In this document: one piece after another, positions 59,266 through 64,000 of the stretch
Numbering within the stretch: the first letter of the stretch is position 1
How the letters are laid out: each line of letters opens with the position of its first letter
Source: Chloroflexota bacterium
GTDB taxonomy: Bacteria > Chloroflexota > Dehalococcoidia > JABGRK01
DNA: 64,000 nt
Assembly (NCBI GenBank): GCA_018648325.1
Contig: JABGRK010000010.1
Coordinates: forward strand, 8,621 to 72,620
Direction: 5' to 3'
Notes under the pieces: model-generated
The model's database searches: none
Told to the model about the DNA's origin: nothing
The model's input: only the letters and a program-made list of their open reading frames with translations
Made by a program: the position numbers and the translations under genes

Positions 59266-60207
59266 TTGTATTCTTTTATCGGAGTAATAAACATCAGACG
59301 ATTCAAAAACATTCTACTACTGATATCTTCTCTCATTCTCATATCTCTAGCCGCTTGTGGTACACTAGGCAATAAAAGTGTTGATGGCTGGGAGTGGCAA
59401 AATCCTTTGTCTCAAAATAATCCACTGCTTGGCGTGTGGGGGAGCTCTCCTGCTGACGTTTTTGCCGTAGGTTATAAAAGTACCATCCTGCACTATAACG
59501 GTACATCATGGAGCGCGATGAGCAGCGATGCCTCATATGATCTACTTGGTGTGTGGGGAAACTCGTCTACTGACGTTTATGCCGTGGGTTATGATGGCAT
59601 CATCCTGCACTACGACGGCACATCATGGAGCGCAATAAGCAGCGGCACCACATTATGGCTAGGAAGCATATGGGGCAGTTCCTCCTCCAACATCTTCGCG
59701 GTGGGTGAGGAAGGTACCATCATGCACTACAACGGCACGTCATGGAGCACGATGAGTAGTGGCACACAAAAAGAACTCTATAAGGTATGGGGCAGTTCCT
59801 CCTCCGACATCTTCGTTGTAGGTGACGGGGGCATCATCCTGCACTACGACGGCACGTCATGGAGCACGATGAGCAGCGGCACCACGGCATGGCTAGGTAG
59901 TATGTGGGGTAGTTCCTCCTCCGACATCTTTGCGGTGGGAGAGGAAGGCACCATCATGCACTACAACGGCACATCATGGAGCGCGATAAGCAGCGGCACC
60001 ACGGCATGGCTAGGTAGTATGTGGGGTAGTTCCTCCTCCGACATCTTTGCGGTGGGAGAGGAAGGCACCATCATGCACTACAACGGCACGTCATGGAGCG
60101 CGATGAGCAGCGGGACCACAGAATCGCTATGGGGAGTGTGGGGCAGTTCCTCCCATGATGTCTTCGCCGTGGGTGAGGAAGGTACCATCCTGCATTTGTC
60201 GGAATAG
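59266..60207 (+). CDS. Lipoprotein made of ~7 tandem ~40-aa beta-propeller-type repeats
   Basis: Lipobox LAAC, then the repeated unit LGxWGSSSSDIFAVGEEGTIMHYNGTSWSAMSSGTTAW. Confidence 0.75.
   Translation: MYSFIGVINIRRFKNILLLISSLILISLAACGTLGNKSVDGWEWQNPLSQNNPLLGVWGSSPADVFAVGYKSTILHYNGTSWSAMSSDASYDLLGVWGNSSTDVYAVGYDGIILHYDGTSWSAISSGTTLWLGSIWGSSSSNIFAVGEEGTIMHYNGTSWSTMSSGTQKELYKVWGSSSSDIFVVGDGGIILHYDGTSWSTMSSGTTAWLGSMWGSSSSDIFAVGEEGTIMHYNGTSWSAISSGTTAWLGSMWGSSSSDIFAVGEEGTIMHYNGTSWSAMSSGTTESLWGVWGSSSHDVFAVGEEGTILHLSE
59881..60114 (+). repeat. Near-identical 2 x 117-bp in-frame tandem duplication inside the lipoprotein gene
   Basis: 59881..59997 and 59998..60114 differ at about 3 positions. Older, more diverged copies lie upstream. 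Confidence 0.85.
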
Positions 60208-60267
60208 ATACCAACTATTGCTTCACTTCTTTGCTTAACAGTTTACCAAGTTGATTGATGACAACAC

Positions 60268-60313
60268 CACTGTATTATGCTTATCAATGTTGGGATAGAA
60301 AATAGTAGCCCCA
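60268..60313. repeat. Copy 2 of the ~47-bp imperfect direct repeat
   Basis: See copy 1 at 58995..59041. Confidence 0.6.
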
Positions 60314-60442
60314 CAAAAACCAACTCACCATAACTCCCCCTCAACTTATCCTCAAAACTTTGCTCCCTTGCCAACCCGGTATATGGTAAGCAAAATGAAC
60401 CTTTTGGGCTGATTCTGAGTATATATAAGCAGGAGAGATATC

Positions 60443-61387
60443 ATGGGTATCGGAAAAATTCAAGGATCAATTTATTTTACTGCTTCGCTACTGCTGATAA
60501 GCCTGTTGGCTTCCGGTTTCTCCTGTACTCTCACTGCTGATAATATCGAGGGTGACTGGAACCCGGATACGTTTTCAGTATCCAGGCTGTCGATTACCGA
60601 ACGAGAAAGCTTCTACAGTGTTTTCGAATCAACAATTCTTCAAAGCCAGTCTGATTTGGACGATTTCGTATTCAATATACAGCAGTTGAACCGTCTAACC
60701 GGAGAATTCCTGCAAACTATAGCTGCATGGCAGATAGATTTTAACACCGACAATATCATCCTTTATAGGCATACGGAAACGTCGGGTGGAACAATTGTAA
60801 CTGTAGGTGAGCCACTGATACAAGGTAATCAGGTTACTGTGGACATACAAAGAGGAGCACTTGGAGTGACTGACGATATGGCCTACTATTGCTATGCCTT
60901 CAAGGTAAGTAAACACATTGCCAGCGTTACATTTGCCATAGAAGGCAAAGATGATGTCTCTGTGCAGCTTAATGATGGAAAGACTATTACTAGTCAGGAA
61001 TCCTCTTTGACTACTACGATAGAGGGTATTGAATGTGAGATAGAAATACACCTATTGCGCAATTCTCACATTAGCGGATATCCCATCACCGGGCGAGTTA
61101 CTATTAGCCCTCTCAATACAACGAGTCTCCCAACTACCTGGGCCGTTAAAGATGAAATATTGCTAGTTCATGGAAGCAAAACATTCAGGAGGGAGCTTGT
61201 TCAGGATGACCCTGAATCATCACATTGGCAATTCGTTATAGATAACAATCCTGAATTAGAAACAGGAACTAATGTAAGTGTTATTTTAGAGCTATCGGTT
61301 ACATATCTCACATTTGCACCGAGCGAGGAAAACAGTAAAACATATACCCTGGTGTTCAACAATGTACCTGTATTTACTTGCCGTTAA
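60443..61387 (+). CDS. Exported hypothetical protein with an N-terminal signal peptide
   Basis: Hydrophobic N-terminus LLLISLLASGFSC, a 314-aa beta-rich composition, and no recognised domain. Confidence 0.55.
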   Translation: MGIGKIQGSIYFTASLLLISLLASGFSCTLTADNIEGDWNPDTFSVSRLSITERESFYSVFESTILQSQSDLDDFVFNIQQLNRLTGEFLQTIAAWQIDFNTDNIILYRHTETSGGTIVTVGEPLIQGNQVTVDIQRGALGVTDDMAYYCYAFKVSKHIASVTFAIEGKDDVSVQLNDGKTITSQESSLTTTIEGIECEIEIHLLRNSHISGYPITGRVTISPLNTTSLPTTWAVKDEILLVHGSKTFRRELVQDDPESSHWQFVIDNNPELETGTNVSVILELSVTYLTFAPSEENSKTYTLVFNNVPVFTCR

Positions 61388-61436
61388 CCACAAATATACA
61401 GATGTATAGTATGCCCTAAACTACACTGAGTTGGAA

Positions 61437-61991
61437 TCATTTTATATATAGCGCATGAGCAACCAAATCGCCCAGCATTCTCAGCAATGCAATTTCCCTT
61501 ATCTTCCAGTTTCTTTCCCGCCTTGTCGAATCAAAACCGATAAATCCGATAAGCTGCTCATCCTTGGTAATTGGTAGTATTATGAGAGCTTTGATCGTCT
61601 GTTCCATTAATTTATCTCTGAATTTTTCAGCTACTTTAGGCAGGGACACTACGCGTGGAACACATATCTCCTTGATTTTTGTTAATCGCTTCATCCACCA
61701 GGAATTGGCCTCCACAGGTATATTCTGAAGCACTTGTATTTGAGGATGCATACAGTCAGCGCACCATTCATGGGTATTGCTCATAGTTTTTCCATCGCTG
61801 GAGAAAGTGAATATATAACTTCTATCAACATCAACAAACTCACCTACTTTATCAAGCACCTCATTGATGATTGCGTCGGCATTTTTACTATCAATGTCCA
61901 TTAGAAGGGATGATAGTTCGATTACCAGCGATTGTATTTTTAAATTGTAGTTATGTTTTTCCTGAGGGCTTTCTACTGGTAAATGTGCCAC
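61437..61991 (-). CDS. Stand-alone GAF-domain protein
   Basis: 184 aa resembling the GAF sensory module of kinases (..IILPITKDEQLIGFIGFDS..), with no output domain. Confidence 0.6.
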   Translation of the reverse strand: MAHLPVESPQEKHNYNLKIQSLVIELSSLLMDIDSKNADAIINEVLDKVGEFVDVDRSYIFTFSSDGKTMSNTHEWCADCMHPQIQVLQNIPVEANSWWMKRLTKIKEICVPRVVSLPKVAEKFRDKLMEQTIKALIILPITKDEQLIGFIGFDSTRRERNWKIREIALLRMLGDLVAHALYIK

Positions 61992-62457
61992 ATATACCTC
62001 TTTTGCGTGAATTGTAATAGTATGCCAAATTCTACGTCTTTACAGAATAGGAAATAGCAATCAAGTTGTCAAGCTGAACGTAGCGGAGCAATGGGATAGT
62101 TAATCGTAAAAATCATGAGCCATTAGAATCAAAAATAACACTTATCCGGCAGTAAAAGGCTTACTTCCTAAATATCTTCCGTAATAATCTTCTAAACAGC
62201 CCTCGTTTGTTGCTACGATTTAGTCTGGACTCAACACAATCAACACATGTGCAATATGGCGGATGTTTCCCCGCTATGTAATCACGTTCTTGTAGACTCA
62301 TGAGGAAGACTCCTTACTGGGTAAGTTTATACCTTTTGCTAATTATATACTACAGGAGAAACCAGGTTGAACCCATAGTTATGATATAAAAAAAGAAGTG
62401 TCCACCTGCCTTACGCTAACCTGATCTGTGTAAGCCACAAAGAATCACATTTTTAGT

Positions 62458-63993
62458 TCAAGCCAGGGTAATACCAATCCTGTCGGCTGCTGCATTATCA
62501 ATACTCACCGGGAAAACCCTGTAACCACGCTTTTCCAGCTTGGGGAGCAATAAACTTAACACCTCTGCGTCGTGATTAAAAGCCGTTATCGGTATCATCA
62601 TTGCCGGCGGTGCAATTACATTGCTAATTTGGGACAGAGCTATTGATAAGGGGTGCTCAGAGGTATATTCCTTGATGGCTTCGCTCTCAATATCCAAAAG
62701 GTAAAGTAGCTTTTTGGCCGACTTCAGATCAACATTGGCAAGCTGTTTACGTGTAATCTCCAGTTTTCTGGCATCAGGGGGCCACAAATACCTGACGGAG
62801 GGTTGAACCAGGTTCACATTCTCTATCAGTTGCAAAACCCTTCTGAGAAGTACATTGGGCGACATAATAGTAGTCAGTTCCACTACCTCACGCCGATTGT
62901 AAGCAACCAATGCTGCATTAACCGAACTTTGGGCCAACGTCAAAACGGAATTTACCAGATTACTCGTTATTCTATCCGCCTCATCCTCGCTACTAGCAGT
63001 CAGATTGACCATTATCACTGCCGCGTTTCCGTACATAGCCTGAAACTTCTTGACAACCAATTCTCTAAAACGACTGGTATGTTTCCAGTCTATGTGATTG
63101 AGATTATCTCCCGGCGAATACATGTGGCTGGAGTGATATTCGATTCCACTGCCTTTTGGGCCTGAAAGCGACGTCACTGCAAGTGAAAGTGCAGACCCGC
63201 TCATATTACCAATCCCTTGCTCCAAATACTTGCTTGCCAGCCATTTAGAATATGTGGCACGTGGAATCACAATCAGCTTTGCACAATCCACCACAAAACC
63301 AAACTGAAGCAATCCTAGCCAGTCACGAATAGATACGTTAAGCAAAACAGACGATGGCCCGGACAAAGGCGGCTCAACGGAGGCCTCAATCAAATGCCCA
63401 CCTGACAAGCTAAACTCCTGCTCAATAACCCTTACCCATGGTTCAACTCCTACGACCCGCATAAAAAGCGACCTACCAGTAGTATTCTTGATCTCGATCG
63501 ACAACGGCTTACTGTCACCAGCTACTAGCCTCAGTTCCACGTCTTGTTGCCAATTAAGCGGATGAGAAAGCATACGGTAGGCGTAAAACACCATCATAGC
63601 AAGAAAAATCGCCAGCACTGCCACAGTAAAACTCAAAATATATGTCGCCGTTATCAGGGATAAAAGCAGTATCAATCCTAAAGAAACCATAATCTGTTTG
63701 AGAACAGTAGAAATTCCTATATTATCTACAAAAGGGTCAAAAAGCTGGCTTGTTGTGGTTACTGCAAGTGCTCTATTAATAATGGGCAAAGCAGGCAATA
63801 CCAGCAGTGTGGATAGGTAGGCAGGTAAAACTGCATTTAAAGTGAGCGGCATAAGAACAACGCACAGCAGTTCAAGCGAAAGCGCAATGAGTGGAAGCGG
63901 TCGCTTCCAAAACAGGTACAATTGACACGAAAGCAAAACTATAGCCAAAAGGCTATGCGATAGCGGTGAAACAATAACAGCAGCTATCAACAT
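62458..63993 (-). CDS. DUF58 domain membrane protein (MoxR-system associated, vWA-like); possibly 5'-partial at the window edge
   Basis: N-terminal TM helices, then the DUF58 signature (HMYSPGDNLNHIDWKHTSRFRELVVKKF). The reading frame stays open to position 64000. Confidence 0.75.
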   Translation of the reverse strand: MLIAAVIVSPLSHSLLAIVLLSCQLYLFWKRPLPLIALSLELLCVVLMPLTLNAVLPAYLSTLLVLPALPIINRALAVTTTSQLFDPFVDNIGISTVLKQIMVSLGLILLLSLITATYILSFTVAVLAIFLAMMVFYAYRMLSHPLNWQQDVELRLVAGDSKPLSIEIKNTTGRSLFMRVVGVEPWVRVIEQEFSLSGGHLIEASVEPPLSGPSSVLLNVSIRDWLGLLQFGFVVDCAKLIVIPRATYSKWLASKYLEQGIGNMSGSALSLAVTSLSGPKGSGIEYHSSHMYSPGDNLNHIDWKHTSRFRELVVKKFQAMYGNAAVIMVNLTASSEDEADRITSNLVNSVLTLAQSSVNAALVAYNRREVVELTTIMSPNVLLRRVLQLIENVNLVQPSVRYLWPPDARKLEITRKQLANVDLKSAKKLLYLLDIESEAIKEYTSEHPLSIALSQISNVIAPPAMMIPITAFNHDAEVLSLLLPKLEKRGYRVFPVSIDNAAADRIGITLA

Positions 63994-64000
63994 TGCACAG

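Noticed and set aside
59266-60207. Highly repetitive DNA considered as a possible CRISPR-like array
   Set aside because: The repeats are contiguous with no unique spacers, are in frame, and encode a conserved ~40-aa propeller blade. It is a protein-coding tandem repeat.

Overview
This is a 64-kb chromosomal segment from a strictly anaerobic bacterium with moderate GC content. Coding density is about 90 percent, TTG and GTG starts are common, and many proteins are Fe-S rich. The gene content resembles Dehalococcoidia/Chloroflexota-type anaerobes, but that is an inference only.

The first third is mostly housekeeping: prmC (5' partial), a Cof-type HAD hydrolase, an IMPDH-family gene, rsmI, metG, a polyprenyl synthase, an acyl-CoA dehydrogenase, and a GAF histidine kinase with an OmpR regulator. 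It also holds a DRG-like TGS GTPase, a DUF2249/DUF1858-hemerythrin cluster, and TatD.

A minus-strand block follows. It carries a NuoE/NuoF/NuoG-N-terminal (HoxEFU-like) flavo-Fe-S module immediately downstream of Na+-translocating decarboxylase subunits (gamma, biotin carrier, beta). Next come aroA, a RemA-like DUF370 gene, gmk, TrpB2, an aldo/keto reductase with an Fe-S tail, an MFS transporter, and two DUF362 4Fe-4S proteins flanking a 49-aa ORF.

tRNA-Arg(TCT) at 31.4 kb and tRNA-Pro(GGG) at 58.8 kb bracket a metabolic block. This block contains an ADP-forming acetyl-CoA synthetase and a glutamate dehydrogenase. Two paralogous MarR regulators sit there with a recurring TTCG-N5-CGAA palindrome. 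A five-gene Opp/Dpp-type ABC transporter follows; its OppC-like permease carries a ~200-aa insertion. Then come a class-V aminotransferase, a tungsten-type aldehyde:ferredoxin oxidoreductase, a ThDP enzyme and a threonine aldolase.

Further on lies an orphan DmsC/NrfD-like membrane anchor and an ICMT-family methyltransferase. They are followed by FmdE-like plus AmmeMemoRadiSam radical SAM genes, a dodecin, a free-standing DnaJ-type zinc-finger mini-protein, and a molybdopterin-domain oxidoreductase with a tiny membrane partner. The run continues with a NifU-like protein, a MATE transporter, rubrerythrin, a SemiSWEET and a DUF45/M48-like hydrolase. The 3' end carries a lipoprotein built from near-identical ~40-aa beta-propeller repeats (including a 2x117-bp tandem duplication), an exported hypothetical, a GAF protein and a DUF58 protein at the window edge.

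No CRISPR array, integrase, transposase or rRNA was seen. The most novel-looking material is the MarR/operator-controlled catabolic locus, the DUF362 pair, the FmdE-radical SAM cluster, the HoxEFU-like module adjacent to the decarboxylase subunits, and the DRG-like GTPase with degenerate G3/G4 motifs.
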